From: Octopus sinensis
Taxonomy: Eukaryota
Length of the DNA: 64,000 nucleotides
Assembly (NCBI RefSeq): GCF_006345805.1
Contig: NC_042998.1
Coordinates: 190,650,001-190,714,000 of the forward strand
Direction: 5' to 3'
This document shows positions 12,441 through 25,680 of this stretch, piece after piece (the stretch's first letter is position 1; each line of letters opens with the position of its first letter). The position numbers and the translations under genes were made by a program. Under the pieces are notes generated by a model, which saw only the letters and a program-made list of their open reading frames with translations, ran no database searches and had not been told where the DNA came from.

Positions 12441-14739
12441 CTTTCTAAATATCGATCTCTTACGCTGATCACATATGTTAGAGGAGTATAATTGATTAAA
12501 TCAGCGTAAGTATAAGATTGGTACCAAATTTTTATTGACCTAGGAGAGATGAAAGGCAAGGTAGAACTTGGTGGGATTTGAACTTGTAAAGAGACACAAC
12601 GTGAAATTTGCTTTGAGGCCCTATTTTATTCCCGCCGCACATTTTCTGCCCATATGTACAACTATTGACTTAATATTTAGACTCAAGGTCTCAAACTTAG
12701 ATGATCAATAAAATTAGGTGTTAATATTGTTCTAAAGTTTATAAGATCTGTGATGGAATTCAACAACTTAAATTGGATAAATTAATTCAGGTATAAGATT
12801 GTTTAAAAGTATATTCTTACGGTTTTGTGAAAAGGAGGATGATATATTCTCCGACTTCGAAATGATCCGAATGCTTACTACAGAATAGGCTCTGCTAAAG
12901 TCAGTCAAGGGCCTGGCAGTGATATTGAAATGGATGAAAGGAGATTTGAGCATATCTCTTAAGAACAGGTACAGTCCGTCTGATGGACTTCCATATAGAC
13001 AACATAGGTTGTCCTGGGACTATAGGAAAAGACTCTAGTGTCGTCAACCATGGCATAATGAGATCGCCTCATGAACCATATGAATACGAAGTGAGTTTCA
13101 TAACTAGACAGCTGTATCTATGTATATAAGGTGAATCCTGTCATTCCTTCACCTGTTGTGACTAATTGCTTATATATTCTATATTAATAACGTGCCATAT
13201 GTTTCTAGAAAATATTCGATATATTAAGGAATTAAATAAGCCCTGTTGTATCAAAATACTATCCAAACAGATTTAGTGACGTAATAACACTGCTTAACGA
13301 ATTCTTAGCAGAATTACTTTAAACTACTAAATCTGAGTTCTCGGTCGTTAGAGCGTTGGAAAATTTCCTTGCATTACCATTTCCTACTCTTTGGGTTCTG
13401 AATTCAAACTCAATTGACACCAACTCTGACACCAACATTTATCGATCCGGAGTCGATAAATGAAGTAACAGTTGCGTACTGAGGTCGAATTTTCTTACAG
13501 AAGATGTGATGATGTTGCGGGAAACTACCTGCAGTGTTCCATTCTTTAAGAAAAGTGGAAGAGGGTGGAGTGAAGAGTGAGCTTATTCTGTAGTAAACAT
13601 TCGGATCATGTCGAGAGGAGTATAATTGATTAAATCAGTGTAAGTATAAGATTGGCCCCAAAGTTTTATTGACCTAGGAGAGATGAAAGGCAAGGTAGAA
13701 CTTGGTGGGATTTGAACTTAAAATGTAAAGAGACACAATGTGAAATTTGAAGATATATCATTCTTCTTTTACAAAACCATAACAATATACCTTTAAGCAA
13801 TCTGGTACTAGAAAAAAAGAACTTATAAAGACACATATAAAAAACCTATAAACAACATGGCGAGTGTAGGCAGGACGATATGTTTCATGGCTCGGAACAG
13901 TTTTAGAAAAAGGGTTAAATTGAAGAATCAATGGTATGGCAATATAAGCGACCAGACTGTAGATATACAATGGAAAATATTTGATACCTAATATTGTATC
14001 CTACTATAAAACATAAACTGAATTTAACAGAATATGTATCTTTTAAATACTATCATTACTCTACCATGATGGAAATTTCCTTTAAACAAAGCTGCCATTT
14101 TAGATTAGAATCAGTTAATGTAAATTTTGCTATCAACATCTCTCATAACTTATATGACGTCAGCCCTGGATTCTTATTACATTTTAGACAAATTACATTC
14201 TGGTTATTTACTAGCATCGCATAAACGAGACAAAATATGCACAAAATATAAATTTCAGCTGAGGTCAAAACAACGCCTGAATTTAGTTTGACTAACGTTG
14301 CCAATAGATCTGGCGTTAGTCTAGTTGAGCCAATTTTCCCTAAAATTAGGCTAACATTTTGAAATATATCCAATTTCCGCCATTTCCATGCAGCTCTATC
14401 CAAATAACAATGCCAAAATAACCTCTCTATATTAGGGAGAAACTTAGAAAATATAATTATAGAACAATAACTTTTCTTTGGTGATTTCTCTCATATTTTG
14501 AGTTTCTTCGTTATTATCACTGTTAATCAAATATGTCAACACTGTTAAGATTACTTTTATCACTATTAACACTACCCTTATCACTAACGTTGCCGCCATC
14601 TTTGTTAACATTACTGTTAGGTTTCTGATGTCAAAATAGCTGTAGCCACTGTTAAAATTCTTTTCTACTCTAGGCAAAAGGCCTGGCAGAAACGTTACAA
14701 CGCCGGGTGAAATACATAGCGACTTAAAACCTATGTCTG

Positions 14740-15170
14740 TCCTTGTTTGTCCCCTCTATGTTTAGCCCCTTGTGGGTAATAAAGAAATAGGTATTTCGTC
14801 TGCCGCTACGTTCTGAGTTCAAATTCCGCCGAGGTCGACTTTGCCTTTCATCCTTTCGGGGTCGATAAATTAAGTACCAGCTACGCACTGGGGTCGATAT
14901 AATCGACTTAATCCGTTTGTCTGTCCTTGTTTGTCCCCTTTATGTTTAGCCCCTTGTGGGTAATAAAGAAATAAGAATCGTGAGTCCGCCGGGCGTAACG
15001 ATAACCGTCCTTTCCTCCGTCCTTACGTTTTGAGTTCAAATTCCACCGAGGTCGACTTTGCCTTTCATCCTTTCGGGATCGATAAATCAAGAACTAGTTG
15101 AACACTGGGGTCAATTTAATCGACTTACCCCTCCCTCCAAACTGCTGACCTTGTGCTTAAAATAAAAATG
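14740..15170 (+). mobile_element. SINE family A concatemer (tail + young unit + old unit)
   Basis: Junctions AAAGAAATA|GGTATTTCG at 14789/14790 and AAAGAAATA|AGAATCG at 14973/14974. Confidence 0.9.
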
Positions 15171-17870
15171 ATTATTCGCGTTGGCATTGCTGGCATCACT
15201 ATTAACATAAACTCACATTGGTGTCATTGCTTACTGTTAAGCTCTGCTCCTATCAATCCCCGTTAACAGTGTGACAGTTGCTGTTAATGATGCTGTCATC
15301 AACTTTGATACTGCTGACATCACTTCTAACCTTGTTTTCATATCTTGCTGTTAAGGTTTGTCATCAATCCTAAACATGCTGTTATCATTGTCGATATTGT
15401 TGTCATTACAGTTAACATTGTTCTCATCACACACCGTTAAAATTGATGTAATCAATCACAGTTAATATTGCTGTCATCGCTCTTTAACATAACTGCAATC
15501 ACTCATAATGTTGCTTTCATCGTTCGTTTGATAGCATTTTTGTCATCGATGTTAACATTGCCGTTTCCATTCATTTGTTAAAATTGCTGTCTTCATCCGC
15601 TGTTAAAATTATGCTGTCACAGTTAACCTTACTGTTGACATCGTCAACATTCTTGTTATCAAATATCTTAAACATTGCTGTCAGCACTAATCATTAACAT
15701 TACTGTTATCATTTATCGCTACATATATGCTATTGTTCGCTATTAACATTACCGTGAAGATCCGTAGTTAACATTACTGTCGCCACTCACCTTTTTCATT
15801 ATCGCACTCACAGTTTATATTGTTGTCAACAGCATTAACACTTCTTTTATCACTAATAGTTCACATTACAGTTATTGCTCATTATAATTACTTTCGCTGT
15901 CATCACATTGCTCTGAACACATTATTAGAGCTAATGTTATCCAACTTCTAAATTTAGTGTCATCACTTACATTTAATTTTGCTGTCCTCATTGTTAATAG
16001 TTTTCTATTCTAGGTATAAGGCCTGCAATTTTTGGGGAAGGGGTGATTAGATGAAACCCAGTATGCAACTGGTACTTAACTTATCGATCCCGAAAGGATG
16101 AAAGGCAAAGTCGACCTCGGTGGAATTTGAACTCAGAACGTAAAGACAGACGAAATACCGCTAAGCATTTCGTCCAGCGTGCTAAAGTTTCTTATTTCTT
16201 TACTGCCTACAAGAGGCTAAACACAGAGGGGACAAACAAGGACAGACAAAGGGATTAAGTCGATTACATCGACCCCAGTGCGTAACTGGTACTTAATTTA
16301 TCGACCCCGAAACGATGAAAGGCAAAATCGACCTCGGCGGAATTTGAACTCAGACGGACGAAATACCTATTTCTTTACTACCCACAGGGAGCTAAACACA
16401 GAGGGGACAAACAAGGACAGACAAGCGGATTAAGTCGATTATATCGATCCCAGTGCGTAACTGGTACTTAATTTATCGACCCCGAAAGGATAAAAGGCAA
16501 AGTCGACCTCGGCGGAATTTGAACTCAGAACGTAGCGGCAAACGAAATACCACAAAGCATTTCACCCGGCGTGCTAACGTTTCTGCCTGCTCTCCGCCTT
16601 CCTCATAGTTAATGCCGCCGCATCAGCGGTAACGCTTTAGTCATCACAATACTGTCCAACACTCGCTGCTGCTACCTTTGCTGTTACCTCTGGTAACAAT
16701 GAGTTCATCATTCACCATTCATATTGCTGTTAGCACACACTATTAAAGTTTCTCTCATCATTCTTTGTTAATGTTGTCATAAATCAGTCACTGTTAACAT
16801 TGCAGTCATCACACACCTTTAACTCTGACATCATTATTCACCACTAATATTGGTGTCATCACCTACTATTAATATTCCTGTCATCACTATAAACACTACT
16901 ATTATCACTCACAATGATCACTAATGTCATTGCTTATTGTAATCTCTCACTGCTAACATCTTTGTGATCGCTGTTCATACGCTGCATTCGTTAATAAGAT
17001 TGATGTTATTAGTCCGGTTAACATCAGTCATATCACTCAATGTCAATATTATTATCAGTACTCCTTTAACATATCTGTCATCATTCATTGTTATCATTTC
17101 TCTCAACTCTGAATATTTGCATCGCTACCATCGTTCACCATTAACATTACTGTAATAATTCACCATTAACATAACTGTCATCTTTCTCTGTTAACAGTGT
17201 CATCATCTATCACTGTTAACTTTTCTGTCATCACTTATTGTCAATATCGCTGTCGTCAGTAACTGCCAACATAACTGTCATCACTCACAATTAATATTAC
17301 TGACATGCATCACAATTAACATAGCTGTTAACGGTTTTCATAATTCACTGTTAACTGTTAGTATAACCATAATCTCCAGTTAATATATCTACAATCACTC
17401 AATGTTAACATAGATGCTATTACTCAATATTAAGATTTCTGTCTATATTGCTGTAATCATTAATCTTTAACAATACTCCCATCACTCATCACTCATCACT
17501 CACATTACTCTCTAAAATGCTCGGTTTACTGGAATATCCCTCCGTGTTATAAATGCAGCCGTTACTTACCATTAACATTGTTATCATCAATCGTTCGCAT
17601 TTTGTGATCACTCACCTGGAAATTATTGTTTTCATTCACCGTTAATATTGCTGTCATCACCACTAACATCACTGCCATCATTCACTGTTAACACCGATGT
17701 CACCACTCAATGTTAACATAGATGTTATCCATCATTATTGATATTTCTTTCATCACTCTTTAACAACATTGCTGTCGTTTTCCATTTCTCGCAGTTAACA
17801 TCTCCCTTGTCACTCACCGTTAACATCTTTTTCGACACTTACCTTAAACATTGCTGTTATCACCCCTTTT
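15170..17870. repeat. Cryptic, highly diverged ~20-25-bp minisatellite (GTTAACATTGCTGTCATCACT-like)
   Basis: Dozens of degenerate GTTAAC/TGTCATC motifs; also at 14510-14640; interrupted by SINEs. Confidence 0.65.
16005..16600 (-). mobile_element. SINE family A trimer
   Basis: One head at ~16600; junctions at 16367/16368 and 16192/16193; the 3'-most unit has the old-type tail. Confidence 0.92.
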
Positions 17871-17914
17871 ATGATATTAATACGAAATTAAGATAATTTA
17901 GTATTAATATCACA

Positions 17915-18130
17915 GATATTAGTTTCAAATTTTGGCACAGCAATTTTAGAAGAGGAGTAAGTTGATGTAATCGATCCCAATGTTTAATAGGTGTTTATTT
18001 TACCGACCCCTGAAAAGATGAAAGGCAAAGTCAACCTCAGTAGAATTTGAACTTGGAACGTAAAATGTCGGAAGAAATGCCGCTAAGCATTTTACACGAC
18101 GCGCTAACGATTCTGCCTCCTCACCGCTTT
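17915..18130 (-). mobile_element. Old SINE family A copy
   Basis: Diverged head, B-box and core; tail GTGCCAAAATTTGAAAC. Confidence 0.75.
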
Positions 18131-18356
18131 ATTATCAAGTCACTAAGCAGGAAATGTCCGATTTTGAACTGAAAATTTATTTTATCTCAACAAAAAGCAA
18201 CGCAGTTAATCAAAGTATGCACCTAGATTATCAGTCCAATTTTGCCATTTTATCGGTAGCTTATTTATGCCGGCAGCGAAGAATTCTGGAGAGTAAGAGG
18301 TAATGAAATCATCATATTTAAAGTCTTTTTTTCCTTGCAAAAAGTTGTCTAATACC

Positions 18357-19370
18357 TAGAAAATATGATAGTCAGTTGGTGCAAGGTCTGGTGAATATGG
18401 TGGATGACAGAGTATTTCCAAGTTCAGTTCCTGTAACTTGAGTAGCGTTCTTTGCACAACATGTTGCCGAGTATTGTCTTGCAAGAGAATTCGTCTGTCT
18501 CTATTGACCAATCTCGATTGTTTAATTGCAAGTTCACTCATGATTTCATCCAAATGGTTGATGTATACATCAGCTGTAGTTGATTTACTCGGTCTCATGA
18601 AGCTGTAGTGGATGACACCAGCGCTGGACCACCAAACAGACACCATTAGCTTTTTTTTTGGTGAATTTTCTTTTTTGAATTGTGTTTTAGAACTTCGTCG
18701 CTATCGAACCATTGTGCAGAACGTTTGCTATTGTTAAAAAGAATCCATTTTTCATCACACGAAACAATACGATCCAAAACTGGTTCGCTTTTATGCTGTG
18801 ACAGCATAGAACAGCAAGTTTCAAGATGACGTGTCATTTGATGCTCGTTCAGTTCGTGTGGTACCAACTTGTCCAGCTTCTTTACTTTGCCAATTTGTTT
18901 CAGATGGTCCAATACGGTTGGAATCGAAGCATCAAACCTTGCTGCTAATTCACGCGTAGTTTCCAGCTCATCCTTATCCACTTTGGTCTCAGCTCTACTG
19001 CGGTGCTGACTTTCGAGAGTAAAATCACCAGATCGGAACTTCTCAAAACAACGAAGTATAGTGCGCTCATTCGCCACTTCTTCATCAAACGCCTCATTAA
19101 TTTTTTGAGCTGTCTGGGATGCACTGATTCCACGACGGAACTCACATTCATAAACAACACGAATTTCTGATCGCTCCATGGGTTTACAAAAATTGATTTA
19201 CAAGAGAAAACTCACAATATAATCAGACACCAGGAATTGCGTTTCGAAATGTGATGATGTAATCCTTCAATATTGTAAAACAAAGAATTGTCAGGATAAA
19301 ACATTTGAGTTAACGACTGTCATACTTGGTGTATGAGAAGATCGGGCACTTTATTCTTAATGACCTGATA
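18357..19370 (-). mobile_element. mariner transposon (cecropia/Hsmar1-like), frameshifted and 3'-truncated
   Basis: ORFs 18646-19179 and 18356-18646: KLDKLVPHEL (WVPHEL), CDEKWI, QDN, HPPYSPDLAPTDY; TIR-like TA-TCAGGTCATTAAG near 19370. Confidence 0.92.
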
Positions 19371-19377
19371 ATATCAC

Positions 19378-19676
19378 AAATATTGGTTTCAAATTTGGCA
19401 CAAGGCCCGCTATTTTGATAAGTGGATAAATCGATTACATCGACCCCAGTACTCACTGGTAATTATCAATAAGGCTCGCCACCTTATCAATAGCTCAGAT
19501 ATTGGTTTCAAATTTGGCATAGGACAGCAATTTCGGGAGAAGAGATAATTCGATTATATAAACCCAAGTACTCAACTATTACTTATTTTATCGACCCCGA
19601 AAATAATGAAAGGCAAAATCAACTTCGGCAACATTTGAACTCAGAACTTAATAATAATGATAATAATAATAATAAT

Positions 19677-19708
<32 letters not shown>

Positions 19709-19785
19709 AATAAATAGACGAAATTCATCTAAGCAATTTTCCCGGCGTGCTAACGATTCTGCCAGCTCGCCGCCATATTGATGAC
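19378..19785 (-). mobile_element. Two old SINE family A copies, one with internal (TAA)n
   Basis: Repeated tail GTGCCAAATTTGAAACC; head GGCGGCGAGCTGGCAG at ~19780. Confidence 0.75.
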
Positions 19786-20541
19786 ACCGATATTAAAACC
19801 TCATAATCCCTATTTGGTATTAATATTTGTAATTATTGAAAGATAGAGTATCAGCTGTTGAGGAAATTAATTACATCCACCGAGCTCAAATTCTATTGAG
19901 GTCGACCTTACTTTCAGTACTTTGGCGGTCAATAAAATAAATATTATATACGTACTAGGGTTAATTAAATCAACTATATTTCCTTTCAATGTCCATCATT
20001 ATCGATGTTTATCGCTGACGTCATCTATGTTAAAGTCATTGATGACATCTCTTTAGAAATGTTAACAACTGTTGTCATCACTACAATCGATATTATGTAT
20101 TGTTATCGTCATCGTCATATGGATATAGACATAGATGTGTGGTTAAGAAGTTCGTTTTAGGACCTCGTGGTTTTAGGTTCGATTCCACCGCCAGGTACTT
20201 TTGCACTCTGTCGTCTTACCTTATGGGGTTCACCAATTCATTGTAAGTAAACTCTTGGTCGACGGAAAAGTTATGGAAACCCGTCGCAGACACACACTCT
20301 CACCTATATACATATATACATTCGCACATACACACCAACACATACGTACGCACACATACGTATAGAAACATGTGTAAGTATATCAGTGTGTATGTAGTTG
20401 TGTTTAAATGTGTGTACATATACTCATATATATATATATATATATATACCTAAACCTAATTTACATGCACCTATTTTACACATACTTATGGGTTTAAAAA
20501 AATTAAAATATAGTTTATAGTATTGAACGATGATAAAGTGA

Positions 20542-20650
20542 TATAAGGGCCTGATGATTGGGGTTACATTTTAAGAAGGGTTCCAGCAAAACACGGAGTG
20601 GTTTAGGAACCGGGGAATGTACCTCATGAAACACGTGTAGCCAAGTTATA
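20542..20650 (+). ncRNA. Type I hammerhead ribozyme (predicted) in a ~350-bp unit flanked by (TA)n
   Basis: CTGATGA 20551-57; 11-bp helix II (20559-70/20616-26); GAAA 20628-31; helix III AC-ACGT-GT; GUA cleavage triplet at 20637-39; helix I GGC/GCC + internal loop + TATAA/TTATA. Confidence 0.8.
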
Positions 20651-23075
20651 AAACAGTAGGTATTTAAAATAAAATTTTTTTTTATATGGTGAGATGAAGG
20701 GGCCTACTATCTCTAAATGAAAATATATATTTCTTCATTGAGAATAATTTGAACCCCTGTTATGCCGGAATTTTTATTCCCTAACAAATAAAATTTAAAT
20801 ATATATATATATATATATATATGAGCTTACATCTGTGTTGCAGTGTTTAAATCAGAATGGCCAAAAAAGAAAACCCAGTGCATTCGAATGCAATATTCAG
20901 GCCACACTAACTGATCTTCTCTTACACTAATGTTCACTTTACATTTCGGATTTGATTAGGTCGCTAAATTAATTTCCATACAAATACTAGAGTCGATATA
21001 ATTAAATAATTGACTGCGGTGCCCCAGCATGGTCGCATTTCATTGAGTGAAACCAATAAAAAAAAAAGGGAAAATTATATGTAACCTCTATCGATTGATA
21101 CAATGACTTCTTTTGATCAGAAACGAAGCCAAATTTTGACGGGGAATCATACTATTGCTTGAGGATGTCCCCATTATAACACTGGTACAATGTGATACAA
21201 GGCAAAAAAACCTCATGGAAATTTTTTCCGAGTTAAAAAACTAATTTCTGTCAAATGAACCATCCTTTCAAATAGTCGTTTTTATATTTATTTATATAGT
21301 GTTGTATAAATGTGTGTCTATGTATCTATTGGCGTGTTGTTTGTGTGATGTGTACATACGTGAGTGTACTTATGCCACGTGTGCTTGAATGTGTGTGTAT
21401 TTGTGCGCGTATACGTCTACGTTTAGGTATACGTGTGCATTGAAGTGGTATTTAGTAATAAAACACTAAAGCGAGCTCTTGAGATTTGAAGGAACGTTAA
21501 CCTCTGATGCAGTGGCAATAATAATTAAAGACACATTGCAAGACAATGCAGTATAGAACTCTAATTAACTATGGTTATATAGAGTACACACACGCACATA
21601 CACACATACCCACACGCATATAATTAACCAATGTTATCATATAGCGGTTCATAGGTTATATATTTGTTACTGTGTTGCAAAAGCAGAGAACCTATTAAAT
21701 ACTGCAGAGTAAATCATGGGAATACATATAGAGAAGCACATTGTAGATGTGTAGTATAGATCTGTATATAACAATGTTAGCACATTTAGACATTCAGATG
21801 TTGCAAACCTGTTATATGTCAACAAAAAATAATAAGAAAATGCAGTGTCTGCGTCGCTAGGCTACTTGAAATAGCATTAAAATAATTTTCTTCAAAGTCC
21901 AGGCTAGTGTCTAAAAAAGAGAGGGACATATTAAACCATGTAGTGTTAGATATTAAAAAAATGCCTGACTAGCAGAAAACCTTTAGTCTTAGGTCTACTC
22001 AACCAGTGGAGTTTAGACTATTGCAAAAATAGAATACACCAACTGAGAGTGGTACAAGATAGTGATGACTGTGTCATGTTAGAAATCACCAGCTTTCAGA
22101 CTATTATTAATTATAATTATAGTTATAAACGCAGAAATATATTCTAGTTATGAGTATATTGGTGAATGTAGTCTGGACATATGTACTTACAATACTTGAA
22201 ATGTCTCTAACTATGGAACCTCTATAAATACATATCGCACGGTTATTGATTCTATCGATTCATTCTTGATTTCCGTTAAATGTTTTGTCTCCGGTCAAGG
22301 TTAAATGAGAAAACTTGCATCAAACGTGAGAAAACTTCAAAGATTTAATGATACAACGACTGCCCACTACACTATATATAATATCTGATATCCTTGACAT
22401 ATTTGTATAACAAAACATTCAGTTATAACATTGTTGCTATCGTTATATAAAAACTAAATAGAAACAAATTCAGAAATGCATAGTAATAATAACGATTATT
22501 AGAAATATCCAGAGCTTCGTAGCACCATAACACAATAAGCAAATGCTATTATTATTGTAATGGATTTATGAGTCTACAATGTCAATGATTTGAGCATTCC
22601 TATCTTCTCTTATTCACCTATATTTCTATTAAATGCTTAAGATATGATTAACACCGCAGGACCATCAATTTTGAGGATCCTAGAGGAATGAAAGGAAAAG
22701 TTAACTTCGTCAGGATTTGAATGCAGAACGTAAAGGACAGGAATATATACTGCAAGGCATTTTTTCAACTATTATAAAGATTCTTCCAAATTAATCGCGT
22801 CTAATAATAAAAACCATTGTTACTAAATTTTAGGCGACAGTGCTTGGAGGGTAGTTATTCTGTTGACATGGGAAAGATTAAAAGTAAATTCAACACTAGC
22901 GGAATTTGAAACCAGAACATAAAAGAATATAACTAAGTAACACAATTTATTTTATTCGTGTCTTATAACCTATTCTGGCAAATTTAACTCTCTGTCGTAA
23001 GATTTTCTATATCCACAAGGCCTTAAATACAATACCAAACGGGACTCAAAAGAGGGTTAAAGCATGTAGGAGAAG

Positions 23076-23109
<34 letters not shown>

Positions 23110-23141
23110 ATATGATATGATGTGCATGTGTGTTCCCTTCT

Positions 23142-23561
23142 TATTTCTTTATTGCCCACAAGGGGCGAAACATAGAGGGGACAAACAAGGACAACAAAGG
23201 GATTAAGTCGATTATATCGACCCCAGTGCGTAACTGGTACTTAATTTATCGACCCCGAAAGGATGAAAGGCAAAGTTGACCTCGGCGGAATTTGAACTTA
23301 GAACATAAAGTCAGACGAAATACCTATTTCTGTTTCTTTACTACCCACAAGGGGTTAAACACAGAGAGGACAAACAAGGACAGACAAAAGGATCAAGTCA
23401 ATTATATCGAGCCCAGTACGTAACTGGTACGTAAATTATCGACCCCGAAAGGATCAAGGGTAAAGTCGACCTCGGCGGAATTTGAACTCAGAACGTAGCG
23501 GCAGACGAAATACCGCTAAGCATTTCGCGCGGCGTGCTAACGATTCTGCCAGCGCACCGCC
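23142..23561 (-). mobile_element. SINE family A dimer
   Basis: Junction at 23324/23325; CCTTCT microhomology at both ends. Confidence 0.92.
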
Positions 23562-24029
23562 TTCTGTACGTGTGTGTTCACTTCTGTTTTTAATTATTTG
23601 AACTCTTCTTCTGAGGAAGGAGCTGATTTCTAACAAAGACATAACAAAGATATAATGCTCTGTCGTTGGAATGAAGTTAACAAAAACAATGCTACATGCT
23701 GAAGCTGAGAAAGTCTTACATGTCTTTACTTACTGAATTTCTAACGAGCGTTTTAACTGGTTAATTTCTTTTTCTGAAAACTCAAGCTTTTCCAGTGTCA
23801 CGTAGTCATTTACACACAAAACAAAGTGCATCAACTGCTATTTATTAAATGTGAATTTACGATCAGGGTGTAGCAACCGAATGCTTCGAAGCCGTTGTCT
23901 GTAGTTACCCTCTTGCTCTTTGATTTCCGAAGTGATATTCTCAACAGTAAGTCAGCTGACCCACAGGATGGTACATACTTTTTTGTCCGCTCCAAAGAGC
24001 TATATCCAGCCTGTTATTTATTATTATTT

Positions 24030-24480
24030 TTTTTTAAGTTTCAGCTCATAGCTACCCTCATTTGCACCTCTTACCGTGAGGTGGGTTCATCTGGGACTCT
24101 CGACAGGAAGAGGTCCAGCTTTGATTTAAAAACTCCTACATCTACTTTGTGCAAGTTCCTCAGACACTTTGGGGGAATATTATAAAGCTGTGGGCCCTTG
24201 AAACCCAGGCTGTTGCAGTAACTGGTCCTGAAGCGTGATGGCATTGCTGGGATCTTTGGCAGTGTCGTCCCGTTCTGGCATTGGTGTAGCTTTCAATGCC
24301 AAAATTTGGCACAATTCCTTCCAGGATCTTCCAGATATATATTACTGCATACCTGTTATATTTGCAATTGGTAGACGTTTTGATGGGAATCTTCTACCAA
24401 TATTCCTTGTGTGGATGTTTATGCAAGTATTCAGTAACAGGAGAATTCTCTATATTTATCATAGAACGGTCTTTCTTTTC
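24030..24480 (-). mobile_element. CR1/L2-group LINE 3' end with A-rich tail
   Basis: IYIWKILEGIVPNFG...FKGPQL...FKSKLDLFLSRVPDEP; A-rich tail near 24030-24045. Confidence 0.8.
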
Positions 24481-24775
24481 AGATGGTATTGTATATGTTT
24501 TAGCGACGACATCATGTCGTAATGCCATGTTCACGTACGTACGCATGTTTGTTTGCATGCATGTATGTTTTGATATAGATAAATATATATTATAGATAGA
24601 TAGACAGATAGATCTATATACATATAATACGTTATGAAAGAATTGTAAAATTTATTAACTGTATATTTTACATAATGCAAACACACACACCTATAAAAAG
24701 TGGAATAGAAATACAATACATTAAGTTAAAATGTTAAAACAGTATGTAAAATATACTGAAGTGCAAACTGCCCAC

Positions 24776-24953
24776 CTAGGGTGAGAAGTAACCATCTAAG
24801 TTGTTCCAAAGCACTTCGCGACTCTGAACGCCTTCCATTGCGATCACGTTCTTCAAATTGGTTCCACCTATTTTCGAACTTTTCTGTTCTAAATGGATCG
24901 ATGTGTATATCAATAGTTGGCAGTATTAAATTGGTGGAAATTAGCGATATATT
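24776..24953 (-). CDS. Candidate internal coding exon (178 bp, phase 0 to 1), unidentified gene
   Basis: TTTCTGTAG acceptor, G|GTGGGC donor, open frame NISLISTNLILPTIDIHIDPFRTEKFENRWNQFEERDRNGRRSESRSALEQLRWLLLTL. Confidence 0.4.
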
Positions 24954-25071
24954 CTACAGAAATTTATTTCTTGCTTGAGGGCTTTATCTCTTCAGAAAAA
25001 TAGCAATCGTTCTAGCTTTCCAAGATAAATCGTAGTCAAGTCATTTCAAACAGAATATCAGTTCTACTTAG

Positions 25072-25680
25072 ACGGTAAGCTGGCAGAAATGCTAGCACGT
25101 TGGGCGAAATGCTTAGCGGTATTTCGTCTGCCGTTACGTTCTGAGTTCAAATTCCGCCGCGGTCCCAAGGTCGACTTTGCCTTTCATCCTTTCGGGATCG
25201 ATAAATTAAGTACCAGTTACGCACTGGGGTCGATTTAATCGACTTAATCCGTTTATCTGTCCTTGTTTGTCCTCTCTGTGTTTAGCCCCTTGTGGGTAGT
25301 AAAGAAATAGGTATGTCGTCTGCAGCTATGTTCTGAGTTCAAATTCCGCCGAGGTCGACTTTGTCTTTCATCCTTTCGGGGTCGATTAAATAAGTACCAG
25401 TTACGCACTGGGGTCGATATAATCGACTTAATCCGTTTGTCTGTCCTTGTTTGTCCTCTCTGTGTTTATCCCCTTGTGGGCAATAAAGAAATAAGAATCG
25501 TTAGCACGCTGGCCAAAATGCTCAGCGGCAGTTTGTGTTTACGTTCCGAGTTCAAATTCAGCTTAGGTCGACTTTATCCTTTTGGGTTTGATAAAATAAA
25601 TACCGGTCAAGTACTGGGGTAGATGTAAACGATTTCCTCCCTCCCCTGAACTTGCTGGCCTTGTGCCAAAATATGAAATC
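25072..25680 (+). mobile_element. SINE family A trimer (two young units inside an old copy)
   Basis: Junctions at 25309/25310 and 25493/25494; last unit diverged with old-type tail. Confidence 0.92.
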
